Below, one piece after another: positions 52,136 to 64,000 of a stretch of DNA of 64,000 nucleotides (within the stretch, counting starts at the first letter, position 1; every line of letters begins with the position of its first letter). Source of the stretch: Podarcis liolepis (taxonomy: Eukaryota); NCBI GenBank assembly GCA_965112155.1, contig OZ218103.1; one strand, written 5' to 3'. Both the position numbers and the translations under genes were made by a program. Under the pieces are notes generated by a model that searched no databases, was not told the DNA's origin, and worked only from the letters and a program-made list of their open reading frames with translations.

Positions 52136-52889
52136 ACAATTGCAGTGGCACAGAACTGCCATCATGGCTAGCAATCACTGATAGCCTTTAATAGAGCCCT
52201 TCAGCTTTGCACTACGTACTGAAGTTACAAATATGCTTGGGACTTAGGGTACCTCATTTGATTGGCTCATGGCCCTCAGCCCTGCTCCCTATGAATATCC
52301 TGTCCATTTTGTGGTGGGAAACATGGGAATTCCATGCCTGGCAGTGGCTGGAATCAAGTCCATCTATTGCCTCAGGTAGTTCCTCTCCTTAAGTAACACA
52401 ATCCTTTAAAGTGTTTGCCACCAAGGGACTATATTGTGCAATGTGCTCCGTTTCCAAGGGCCCTTTCCTCATTCAGACTATTTGAAGCCAATTCAGCCTA
52501 TCCAGGATAACAGTCTCATGAGAACTTCCCTTGGATGGTTTGCTACAACATCAGCTAGAGCTCCCTTCCTTGCTTCATCTCTGTGTTTGTTGCTCTCCTT
52601 GGGTTAGTCAGGAACCTTAATGGGACATGAGACCCTGTGTTCTCCCTTAAAGAAACAATAGCCATGGGACTGGTTTGAGTTCCAGCAGATCCCAAACTGG
52701 TAACCCACTCATTTTCTCTGCCTCTGGAATGCTCCATTTTGTGGCCTTCCACTGGCTACTGCCAGTGAGAATCCTGCAGTAGTACTTTTGCCTTCCCACA
52801 CATTTGGCATGCAGGAGAAGCTCTGCCCTGGTGGCAGCTGGCAGGAGGTATGCTTAGCAGGCAAAAGTGGGCAGGGCAGAGGGACACTT

Positions 52890-53255
52890 GCACCCAATCC
52901 GACATGCACCTCTCACCTTCCAACCCAGTGTGTGTTATATGGTGAATTATTCTGCAACAGAAACTTGAAAAATTCAAAGGACAACTCTTAGGCCCTTTAA
53001 GCAGCACATTATCAGGGAAAGGTCTTTATTTTCAGGGGATATGTCTAGCTATCATTGTGACATTTTCACATTTACTTCTTATTTAATTTTAACTTCAAAT
53101 GTTTTTATTTCAGTGTCCTAGCTCACTACAGTGTTACGGATTACAACTCTGTGCAGTTAAAATAAGCAGTGTTAAATTCCCCACTTTAAAGGGCAAAGCT
53201 TTCAAAAATCAAAGTAATGGGGGGAAAGGGGGAGGAAGGAAGGAAAAATTAATAT
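52890..53255 (+). repeat. Copy 1 of an old local direct duplication (copy 2 at ~56103-56785)
   Basis: Shared blocks tgtctagctatcattgtgacattttcacattt and agttaaaataagcagtgttaaa...tttaaagggcaaa...atcaaagtaatggggg. Confidence 0.85.
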
Positions 53256-54399
53256 CAAGTATTACCAATGCTGATTTAAAAGGAAAAAAATCCAGAAAAC
53301 AGATCGTCCATAAATTCTCAAGAAGCCATAAAATTAAGAGCATTGTATAGCACAAAACTAATACAACTGCAAATAAATTTAGGATTTAAATGAGCAGTCA
53401 AACCAACCCACACACTATCCTAAGAAGTGGAGGAACACAATGCCAAAGCACAGTGTCATTAGAGAAACCTTTCATTGCAAGCATGTTCACAGTTCAGTGG
53501 TTTGCTCCCTGCTGTCAGTCAAGGCCCCATTAAAATAAATAACCACTTGATAATAAGACATGACAGATTGCCTGCCTGGAGCCAATTTAAACCTGAAGGT
53601 GAGACTCTGAGCCCTAAACTATTAGATAGCTATATGTAGATTACAAAATAAAATAAAATAAAGTCCACAATGCAGCCCAATGATTAGAACTAACAGTTCA
53701 ATCCCATATTAATATGGGTGTTTAGAAAATTATAGTATGCAGCATTTGGACATAATGGCAAACTATGTTTCACCACTCATTAGCAGTGGACTGTTCTAAT
53801 CATTTCCCCTTCTGTGCAGAGGAAAGGAAGAAGGGAACACGCAAGCCCAAACCTACTGCTACATACTCCTGATCCTCCAAACTAGGATTTGGAAATTTGT
53901 TAAATGCAGCTACAGGCATGAAACAATGCAGCTGATAAGTTTATTGTTCAAGCCAAAGGCCATGACAAATTTGTATTAAGCAACACATAGAGGCCCACTC
54001 TATGTGTTACGAACCTATTATTGTCACTCAGAAGAAACCATGCATGTATGAACAAAGGTTAACTGATAATGAGTGATGTCTTTCACCTGTGGCTGACCAC
54101 AAATATGAAGTCTGACTGCATATGGGATCTTGTTGTAGCATCCATCTAAGACTGCAGTGGGCATCACTGAGAAATACAGCTCAATAAAGGCATTTCTTAC
54201 TGCAGCTGGTGAGAGCTTGGTCAGATAACTAGATCTAAAATGCTCTGCTCTCAAGAGTGGACACCAATGGGGAAATTTGGAGTTTCTAATTAGTTGTAGG
54301 TCCCTTTTGGATTCTTTCTAGAAGAGCCAATCCTTTAATAGACACTTAATCAAGGTCAAAGCAAAGCTCAGTTCTGGAAAATAATAATACTCTAAACAT

Positions 54400-55960
54400 C
54401 TTGACGAGCTGCTTTTCGGGGTTGATTATCATGCAACTCCATATAGCACAGAGCAGGAAAACACTCAATAGGCATAGTAGCAATTTTTAAAATATACTTT
54501 AACTGAGCACAGTCCGCTCTTGCCTTAAGTGTTGGCCACCTGGATTCTGTACAAAGTGCTGCTGAAATTCCTGATGGTAAAGAGCATAGCGTCATTTAAC
54601 AGAACTTTATCAATGCCCCTATGGTTTTCTGTACTTTGACTTTCACTGCCTCTATATGAAACTTCCAAGAGAGGGTTTCACTAATGAGTATACCCAGGTG
54701 TCTAATAGACTACATTTGTTCTATAAGCACCAATTATACCTAGGACTGTGTTTGCCAAAAATCATAATCATTGTCTTAAAGAGTATTTTATAAACAGACT
54801 TTCCTGTTAACAGTATGTGCCGAACACCTCCAAGAGAATTTTGAGCCCAATCTGGAAGGAGAGAGGAGCGCCAAATCATCTGCATACATCAACATTGAGA
54901 TATTTCTGTTCCTAATTACTGGAGGGGGAGAGTTTGCATTGGCTAAATATGGCACCAAATCATTAATATGAAAGTAAGGAGGGGTAAGAATGCAACCTTG
55001 CATTCCTCATGACGTTTTAAAAAGCATCAGTCATACCATCATTTAAAAACTATTCTGACCCACATTTCTGCATAGTTCTTGGATCAATAGCAGAAATCTG
55101 CAGTTGATGTTGGCAATTTGAAATTTCTCCCACACTCTGTATTGATTAACAAAGTCGAATGCAGCAGAAAGATCAATAAAGGCTACATAAAGATTATTCT
55201 TAATGTTCTTAGTATATTTCCTTATAATATGGTTCAGAGTAAAACACTGATCAATGGAACTGTGCCCTTCTCTGAATCCCGCTTGTACTTCATGAATAAT
55301 GTTGCTATTTTGCAACCAGTCAGATAAATTTTTGAAGGTGATACTGCTCATATAGCTTTGAGGAGTTGTTTAACAAGCTAGCTGGCAGATAGTTTTGCAG
55401 ATCATTCCTACTGCCTTTCTTATAAACTGGGGGGGGGGAAATACTTATTTTCCATCCATAGGGCATTTGGCCCATGTTGTTTATGGTGGTAAATAAGCCA
55501 GCCAGGATAGGCACCCACCATTCTATGTATTCCTTACATAGGAATATAGAGATCCAGGAGCTTTATTTGATTTCAGAAAGGAAATAAGGACCTTTCTCTC
55601 ATTACGGGAGACTGGTTGCCATTCAGGTAGGTGGATAAATCATTCTATGCTACTGGTATATATGATTGTCCAGGCAGGAATTGAGGCTTTGGTGATGGTC
55701 TCGCTTCATTTAAACCCTGGGCCACCAATTCCCAGAGTTTGTTTTCCCTCTGTTCCATTACTGCTAGTAACAATTCCTGCCATGGGGTTATCGTATATCC
55801 AGCTTTCTTGTTTTGGAGCAGACTCTTGTATTCCAATTTACGTCCATGGGTTCCTCTGACGGATTCTTATTCAAATCTCTAATTGCTTTAGCCAGAGCTT
55901 TCTTACACTTCACATTGACTGTCAAACCAGCTATGGCACATTGGTGGAAAACCAGCTTCA
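54400..55960 (-). mobile_element. Degenerate non-LTR reverse transcriptase fragment (RTE-X-like)
   Basis: Broken ORFs with YKKG..NY, QAGFR, VAFIDLSAAFD, QGCILTP and YADDLALL RT motifs; clade assignment tentative. Confidence 0.85.
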
Positions 55961-55972
55961 TGGGCAGAAGGA

Positions 55973-56098
55973 TGTTGTTGTTTAGTCATTTAGTCGTGTC
56001 TGACTCTTCATGAACCAGAGCATGCCAGGCACTCTTGTCTTCCACTGCCTCCCACAGTTTCATCAAATTCATTTTGGTAGTTTTGAGAACACTGTCTA
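55973..56098 (-). mobile_element. BovB 3' fragment
   Basis: Similar to 19511-19640, including the (CAA)n tail. Confidence 0.8.
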
Positions 56099-56320
56099 CC
56101 TTCACCCAGTCCAACATGCACGCTGTCCTCCAACCCTGTGTCTGGTGTGTGCTGGGGTCTTAGGCAGTTGAATCAGCATATTATCAGAAAAAGTTATTTA
56201 AATACCTAAGTGTCTAGCTATCATTGTGACATTTTCACATTTCACATTTATTTCACATTATTTCACATTTATTTCTTACTTCATATTGGCTTCAATATTT
56301 TTATTTCAGTGTAACGCGGT

Positions 56321-56676
56321 GGGACGCGGGTGGCGCTGTGGGTAAAACCTCAGTGCCTAGGACTTGCCGATCGTATGGTCGGCGGTTCGAATCCCCGCGG
56401 CGGGGTGAGCGCCCATCGTTCGGTCCCAGCTCCTGCCCACCTAGCAGTTCAAAAGCACTCTTAAGTGCAAGTAGATAAATAGTTACCGCTTTATAGCGGG
56501 AAGGTAAACGGCGTTTCCGTGTGCTGCGCTGGTGCTGGCTCGCCAGCTGCAGCTTCGTCACGCTGGCCACGTGACCCGGAAGTGTCTTCGGACGGCGCCG
56601 GCTCACGGCCTCTAGAGCGAGATGAGCACACAACCCTAGAGTCGGACTCGAGTGGCCCGTACGGGCAGGGGTACCT
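56321..56676 (+). mobile_element. Sauria SINE, full length, same subfamily as 12171
   Basis: Near-identical to 12171-12535 along its length. Confidence 0.9.
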
Positions 56677-59114
56677 AATGCCTACTAACTTTGAAGTTAA
56701 AATAAGCAGTGTTAAACTCACCATTTTAAAGGGCAAAACTATCAAAGTAATGGGGGAAAGGGGTAAGAAGGAAAGGAAATTTAATGATTCATAAGTCTAC
56801 ATCCTACCTTGGAGAATTTGTAGCACCAGCCACTTTTGTCCTATTCAAGTTGCACTCCCACCTCTGAGCAATTACAAGTGACTTAATGACAAACTGCTGC
56901 ACCAGCTTCCCAGCATATAATATACCATAAGTCACCTCCTGCATGCTTCAGTCAACAGGTAAGTATACAGGCAAGCCTCTATGTGAACTAGTGCTGATGT
57001 GGGCACTCACAGCATTGGGCTATAAGTCGCTTGTTTTAATTCCATCATATGCAGCATCAATCCAATTTGTTTTGATCATCAACGACAAGTATTTCCACTG
57101 TAAAGCCATTGTATGCCTGTGCATACAAACCAAGTTAACATTTTGAAATAAGTACAATGCCACCTCAAGACGATAGCACTTCTGGCCCAGGTACAATACA
57201 TCAGAAGTCCTATACCAGGAAGCAAAAGTCAGCCTAAAATCACAGTGCTGTTTCTGTACTGCCAACTTCTCTGATGAAAGAATGTGTTACTCTATACCAG
57301 AGGAATCTTAACAGTGCTCCCTCTCCCCACCCTAACCCACAACTGCACAACTATGAACACTATCTCCCACCTTGGTATTTACCAGTAAGAAGCAGCTGTC
57401 AAGAGAAAAACATAATAGGTTTATGTGCAACCCAATCTAGGTCTTCCTGCCTTGCTGGCAAAGCAAGAGTGTTATGCTTTCGAGGCTGTATGGAAATACC
57501 TTCTGTCATATGTCTCATATCCTTAACCCTCTCTCAGGAATCCCGATCACTCAGCTCATTTTTGAAAAAGCAACATCAAAGCTGATGCAGGCATTCAGCT
57601 TGAGGAGAGATATTCCCAGAATGCACTGGGGGAGGGGAAGGAAATCAGGAGCACCACAGTGCTACTGTTGATGATTAAAAAGGGAGAAAGAACAGCACAT
57701 TGATAAAAAGCAGCATGGCACTGATTACAGGCCAGGTTATAAATAATATTTTCAAAAGTCTCACGGATCTTGTGCAGATTAACAAAGTATTTCTGCCAAG
57801 CACTTTGAAGATGAAGGACTCCATAGTGGCTTGATATTTTTAACAAGTGATAGCAATTAGCTGTAAACTACAATCATCCATCCTTTCTTCAGATGTCTTG
57901 CTTATTTTGCTACATCTACACCTCCCTCACCATACCAGCACCTCAATTTCATGTGCTTATTCTAACGGGCCGTTGTGAAGTGTGAAATTACTCTTAACCT
58001 TGCTTTACAAAAGAGATACCGAAGCACAGAAAACAAGCAATAGGGTTATGGTAGGATCAGAAGTGGGGATTATGTGAACCCAAGGATTGGGCACCAGCCA
58101 CCAATATTTCCTCTCTCCCCCTTCAGTAATAATAGTCATTGTCTTCCCTACAAACTAAAAATTGGTGTTAAATGTGCTGCATCTACCAGAAAACATCGCC
58201 CAAGAAAATCAATGCTAAAACTGGCTGTGAAAAGGATTGCTTGAATCACAGAATAAAGCAGCAATTCAATGTTATTTTGTCTTTGACATTTTATAATGGA
58301 AGTTTAAAAGTGTGGGGGCGCACAGAGAAATGCGTTGCAGGCATTCTATATTTCTTGTTCTGAGGGTACTAAAGAGACAAGGATTGGGTTTACATAAGGA
58401 ACACATAGCATGAGTCGCTAATGTGAAGTGTCAATCCATTTCCCGTTTTGCACCTTGTTCCATCACACTTCTCTGAGAGGGAGCAGTTTTGTGTGGAGAA
58501 TAGAGCAGTAAGCACATACAATCTGAGTGTTTGCTCCTGAAGGGAAAGAGGTTTTCCAGATATATTTGTAAGATTAATGGTCCTCCTTCACTCCTTCTGC
58601 TGCTGCAATGCCTTCAATAAATGGCCAGGAGGGTGGGTGAGAAAGTATTTTCCATCCTGGGGATTCTTGTAGTCTTGCCTTTTTCCTATGTTCCTGCGGT
58701 ACCTGCGTCAACCTGCTGATATTTGAAACCTACTAGCATTTTATTACAGTTTTTTTTAAATGACAATCTGTACAAGAGAGCCTTTATCTGTGATTGATGC
58801 TTCTGGATACTACTGTAATGGACAGGAAAACAACAGCAACAATTTATAAAGGGGGACTACGGTATATTGAAGTTACTTCCATTGCCACATACCTATGAAC
58901 ATCCTATTGCCCCAATAATTCTCCATAAGAACCACAAGTCTGTACTTAAAATGAGCCACACAAGACTTACTTACAAGCACTCAAGCTAGCGCAATAAACA
59001 GCAAGCCGAGTCATTTTCTTCAGAGGGGATTGACCAGCGAGAAGAGCACAAATCTACACCGTGACATGACAGGAACCTATCCTAACAAGCAGCCATCTTC
59101 TGCCCAGCTAATTA

Positions 59115-59342
59115 CAGTGGTACCTCCTGTTATGAACTTAAACTGTTTGGAGGTCCGTTTGTAACCCGAAACCGTTCTTAACATGAGGCGTGCTTTCGCT
59201 AATGGGGCCTCCTGCTGTTGCCGTGCGACTTCCACTCGCATTCTGGGGTAAAGTTCGCTACCAGGAGACCTACTTCTGGGCTAGCGGAGTTTGTTACCTG
59301 AAGCGTTCGTAAGGAGGATGGTACATAACTGGGGTTCCACTG
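59115..59342. mobile_element. Older Tc1/mariner MITE related to family A
   Basis: ta|cagtggtacctc ... ggggttccactg ends; internal gctaatggggcctcctgctg matches the family A core in reverse. Confidence 0.75.
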
Positions 59343-60224
59343 TGCAGAGTTTGGAAGAAACAGCACAGCTCTTTTTCTCCCTTCCCCTTAGCACCAGGGT
59401 TGCTTGCAACTTGCCTACAGAAATGGCTGGCCAAGGTGTCCATGAGTTTTCAGAATATGCACCCTGCTTGTAACAACGTTTCTGGCATGAAGCCTACCCA
59501 GACTGGATTAATGAAGAGGAGGTGCTTCTTTAAAATATGGCAAAACCCAAAACTGCAGCCCTACTCATGATCAACCCTGGCTGCATGAGCTGATCCTTGA
59601 CATATTTTGGGGAAATAAAAATCGACAAGATGTGCAAGTGTTGTTGTTTGACAGATCGAGCCTCAGGATAATTTTAGATGCCTGCTGAAAATATCCCGAG
59701 TTAGGTGGTGGCACGCCTGCAGCGCCATTGTAGACAGGCATGTAAAAAGCTCCCATAATGCACTAGAGTTAGACAGGAGGAGAAAAGTGCCAAACGAAAA
59801 AAGACCTTTCCGATGTCAAGTTTCTAACGTCTAATTTAGACCCACCCCAGAGTGCTGCAAATATCTTCAAAGCGGTGCATCTTTTGTGTCCTGCCAAACT
59901 TATGTCATATGAAAATGCAGTTCTACTGATGGTTTACCTTTGTTCCCTGCATTTCCTCCCTTCATTAACAGGAATGCTCAGCCATTACCCATTTTTATGT
60001 CAAGAAACCCCAATCTAATTGTTTTAAACCAAAGCCTCAAATTCTTATTAAGGATATTTATAAGTCTCTCACATAGCAGATCTATCAAGTGTTTGAACTA
60101 ATAAGAAAAAAGGCTGTTTATACAACAGCCTCTTTCAATCCCCACTTCTTTATCCTGAGTACATGTATATGACATGACAAACTCTACTTTTATTCCCTGG
60201 AGGCAAAAGTCTAATATTATTGGC

Positions 60225-60658
60225 ACGGGTTGTCAGCGGCGTAGCGTGAGTTCTCAGCACCCGGGGCAACGCAAGTAATTTGCGCCCCCCCCTAACCCGC
60301 GAGTTGCCGCTGGCGCTGCCGCCCAAACGACGCCGCTTGTCCGGAGGAGGAGGGGGGCAGAGAGGCGAGGAAAATGCAACGGCCCAGCAGCTGCAGCAGC
60401 ACCGGCGGAGGCGGGGCTGTGAGGAGGGGCTGCCTGGCGCGTCCTCCGCGGCAAGCGCTGAGAGCCGCTGCCTGCCGGGCGCCTTCAGCCCGGACGCGCG
60501 CACAGCTCGGCGGTTCCGCGAGACATGCGGCTCCGCTACAGCCTGCGCCCGAGGCTCTTCGGCAACTCCGGAGGCAGCGAGCGCGCCCCCCCCAAAGGTT
60601 GCGCCCGGTGCGGCCGGCACCCCTGGCACCCCCCACGCTACGCCACTGCGGGTTGTGG
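60225..60658. promoter_or_regulatory. Intragenic CpG island in SRGAP2 intron 9 (candidate internal promoter)
   Basis: Abrupt GC- and CpG-rich stretch in otherwise CpG-depleted DNA; no recognisable repeat hallmarks. Confidence 0.75.
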
Positions 60659-61417
60659 GTAAGCATGGTACAAATGAAAACAAAGCACCGTGCATTGGGT
60701 AAAATTAGTATGTGCTTGTTAGAAAAGAGACCATGTTTTCTCTAGAAAAAGAAGACGTGCAAGTTCAATTAAATAGCCATTTGCACAGCCAGGGAAGTCA
60801 ATTGCTTCTTAATTGAATCACTTTCTCCACCCACATTTTTCTGATAAATTCTCTTTCTAAGCAGACCTTTTAATTTAATGCGGCATTTGAAGTATTTTGA
60901 GTGCTTGTCTAAGGGAGTAATACACTCTCCGGTAAACCTATTTATAGGCAAGACTCAACATAAACCATCCTGCCCAAAGTAATTTACCCAATATATAGCA
61001 TTTATTCATGAACAATATTATTCTTTTAAGAAGAATAAAAATCTTTTAAATACTGCAAAATCCATTTAGAAGGGCAAGTTACAGAGCAAGTTTTTTTATT
61101 TAAAAAAGGAAAATCTTCTATATACATGCCCTGATCCAAATGAATGCCCATGGAGTCCTGTTTTTAGAATCTAAAATATCACTAGTCAGCTGTTAGTTAT
61201 GGAAAGTGGAATGGGGCAGGGGATAGAAGCCTCCCAAACAGCCAATGATCAGGGTTGTAGGTAAAAAAACATTAAAAGGGGACTCCATGTGTACAACTCG
61301 GGGTGTTAGAATGGAGAAGGCAACCGTGCCACATGACTTCTCATCCAGTTAATACACATGCTGATGGCAGGGAACGATAAGGAAGGGTTGTAGGTCAATA
61401 GGGGGCATTTGCTTTTA

Positions 61418-61575
61418 TTGCAGAAGATGCCAGGTTCAGTTCCTGGCATCTCCAGGTAGAGCTGGGAATGTCCTCATCTGAAACCAAGAAGAACTGCTGC
61501 CAGCCAGTGAAGACAATGCTGAGCTAGATGAACCAATGGTCTGACTCTGTATAAGTCAGCTTCCTATGTTCCTTC
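61418..61575 (+). mobile_element. tRNA-derived SINE (Squam3-like)
   Basis: caggttcagttcctggcatctccagg ... gagctagatgaaccaatggtctgactc ... cttcctatgttcct. Confidence 0.7.
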
Positions 61576-62124
61576 CATGTTTCTTATGGTCCTAGCTGTA
61601 ATTTCATCCACTTTTCAGGAAAGCTTTCAGGAAATGTGTATTGAAACAATGGATAAACCGATGAACAATTTTCAGCGAAATTTTTTTTCTTTCACTGCAA
61701 AACTCCATCCTGAAATCAAATCACCACCAGATTTAACTTCGTTATCAACCTGTAAGCTATCAAAGCTTATAAACTGATAGAGGAACAAAGACACCTTATT
61801 GTGATGTGTAGTTTAGATGCAATGTTATTTTTGCTTACATTCCACTTAACAAGACGCAAACAATATTACCAACGAAGAGCTCTGTGGCTACTTAAAGACC
61901 ATAAATTCATTATGGCGAAAGCTTTCATGGATGAACATAGGCTTTCAAAGGGGTGGGGGGAGATAATCACACAAACACTGAACTTGTAGGCGGGCCATTC
62001 TCATTATTCCTCTCAAGAATTATGCTGACAGCTTGTTAGCCAGAACTGCAGACGACACATACAGTTTTCCAGCTGCAACACATATCAGCTTTGCTGCAAG
62101 CGTGTTAAAAGCCAGGTCTCTTAC

Positions 62125-62322
62125 CGTGAAGTAGAACTGTTCTGTCTCCTGCTGATTTGCCCGTCTCTTGGCAATGCTTGGCTTGCTCATGAAGGTTTCG
62201 GAGACTGTTGATTTTACAGACTCCATCGAGTTGCTATACTGGAAGCAGTCAGAGACATCGAAATCCTCAATGGTGACGATATCCTGGATAGTCTGCAGTG
62301 TGGCTTCCATTGTTTTCTTAAC
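62125..62322 (-). CDS. SRGAP2: SRGAP2 exon 9 (VKKTMEATLQ...QETEQFYFT)
   Basis: 198 nt, inside ORF 62020..62457; cag|GTT...ACG|gtaag; phase 0-0. Confidence 0.97.
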
Positions 62323-62770
62323 CTGATAGAGTGAACACAAGAGAGGGATTATAAAGGGGGGGAGGGAGAAGAGTGAAGGTGAGAATGCAGAGGAAAATGC
62401 CTTGTTATCACTCGGTTTGTCATTTACTGCAACTGAGGGTCTGTGATTCCCAAGCATAACACAACACAGCTAATAAACAAGAACAGGGTCTACAGAGAAA
62501 AGTGGCTGAGAGGAGACTGAGGATTTAATCTTATGCACACTTTCAATTAACATTATAGCATAGGTGGAACAAATTCATGAAATTTGGTCCAAAATGTACA
62601 CAACTGTACATCTAAAATTTGCTGTTTGGTTGCCTTAAAAAATTGTGCCTGAACTGAAGCTTATATGTTTTTATCTTCTCAGCTGCCCTTACTCTCCTCC
62701 AACATATTGTCCAGACTATGGTAAAACAGCAAAGGAAAAGACCAATAAAAAATGGAATTTGTTAGCTTAC

Positions 62771-62872
62771 CTCTTCATTTTCGATCTTCAGCGTGGATAG
62801 CCTAGACTGCAGCTGCTGACACCTCTGCACTAACTCACTCTGCACGGGCTGCTGGGCACACAGCTGGGACAC
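62771..62872 (-). CDS. SRGAP2: SRGAP2 exon 8 (VSQLCAQQPVQSELVQRCQQLQSRLSTLKIENEE), F-BAR extension
   Basis: 102 nt, ttttccag|GTG...GAG|gtaag; translation near-identical to recalled human SRGAP2; phase 0-0. Confidence 0.96.
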
Positions 62873-62984
62873 CTGGAAAAGAAAGGGAACTTCTGAGAGT
62901 TTCTAGACATTTGATTCTTCAGCTCTGCACATGTATGAGATGTGTGGACTGGGCCACGGAACAAATGAAGTCCTAGGGTTTCAT

Positions 62985-63418
62985 AGGAGAAATGGCTCAG
63001 GACCACAATACCTCAAGGACGGCATCTCTCCATATGAACATAGCCAGAACCTGAGATCATCCTTTGAGGCCCTTCTTTGTGCATCTCTTCCATGAGAGCT
63101 CTGGAGGGTGGCAACACGAGAATGGGCCTTTTCTGCAGTGGCTCCCCATTTGTGGAATGCGCTCCCTAAGGAGGTTTGCTTGGTACCCTCATTACACACC
63201 AGGTAAAAACATTCCTTCTTTAAACAGGCCTTGGGTTGACTTGACACTGAATGCCCTTTTAAATGTGCTGTGGAAGGGGTTTTATTGGTTTGCCTGTGTT
63301 CTAAGTTTTGTTATGTATTTTATATTTTTTTATATTGTAATGATATGTTGTGTAAACTGCCCTGAAATCTACAGGTGTAGGGTGGTATGCTAAATAAATA
63401 AATAAATAAATAAATAAA
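62985..63418 (+). mobile_element. L2 LINE 3' end with (TAAA)n tail
   Basis: gggccttttctgcagtggctccccatttgtggaatgcgctccct motif; tail 63391-63418. Confidence 0.75.
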
Positions 63419-63719
63419 ACATTATTTCAATGCAGGGGCTTTTCCTTGGGCAATGGAACAATCTCTCCATCTCCCCACCATGTACCTCCCTAAATTCGTT
63501 CTGGGTTTTCCTTCAACCCTCCAGAGTAGATTTGGGACTGGCGAGAGGTGATAGGGAGGGAAGTCCTTTTGTGCTAGCATAAATACTTAATGCATACTGC
63601 CTATAGCTTTTCTTGGACCAGCATTGACCTGTGAGCAAGGATGAGAGACAGGGTCAAAACTATCCCTAAAAAGGATTGTGGAGATACATGTAACATGTAG
63701 GTGAATCCAAAGACTATGC

Positions 63720-63847
63720 CAGGCTTCCTCAACCTCGGCCCTCCAGATGTTTTGAGACTACCATTCCCATCATCCCTGACTACTGGTCCTGCTAGCTAGG
63801 GATCATGGGAGTTGTAGGCCAAAAACATCTGGAGGGCCAAGGTTGAG
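63720..63847. mobile_element. hAT MITE (palindromic)
   Basis: 8-bp TSD gactatgc at 63712-63719 and 63848-63855; long inverted arms ccctccagatgtttt / aaaacatctggaggg. Confidence 0.85.
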
Positions 63848-64000
63848 GACTATGCTGTTTGGTTCAAGCAAGATTTCTACCCATTATTAACAAAGATAAT
63901 TAAATATTTAAGCAAATTTAATATACTGTAAGGAAACACAAGGGACAAGGACTCACAAAAAATATCCATCCACACAAAAATTGCAGAGGACGTGATTGGC

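Noticed and set aside
54400-55960. Reverse transcriptase as a functional or domesticated gene
   Set aside because: Multiple frameshifts and stops; a decayed LINE
60150-60745. Several overlapping 66-181 aa ORFs on both strands
   Set aside because: Expected from stop-codon scarcity in a CpG island; low-complexity Ala/Arg/Pro/Gly content and no recognisable domain

Overview
Vertebrate (squamate reptile, probably a lacertid-type lizard judging by its Sauria SINE, BovB and MITE content) genomic DNA. Almost the whole window is the 3' two-thirds of SRGAP2 (SLIT-ROBO Rho GTPase-activating protein 2) on the minus strand. I traced 15 coding exons (exons 8-22 in the 22-exon human numbering, recalled from memory) from 62872 down to the stop at 9643. 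All have GT-AG boundaries and compatible phases, and together they give 2160 nt (719 aa plus stop) covering F-BAR extension, RhoGAP, SH3 and C-terminal tail. A ~6 kb 3' UTR probably ends near 3675. The introns carry typical squamate repeats (Sauria SINEs, other tRNA-derived SINEs, BovB/RTE, CR1 and L2 LINE fragments, Tc1/mariner and hAT MITEs, microsatellites). The most interesting unannotated signals are: a CpG island in intron 9 with donor sites on both strands and an in-frame MQGTK start; a phase-compatible segment resembling the SRGAP1/3/ARHGAP4 alternative exon next to the 25-nt microexon; an SRGAP2C-like exon 9 read-through; a NAGNAG acceptor; a candidate stop-containing cassette exon; an old local duplication; and a kappaB-rich promoter-like region at the left end that may belong to IKBKE. 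I found no evidence of a wholly new biological system. All novel calls are hypotheses from reading by eye, with no database searches run.
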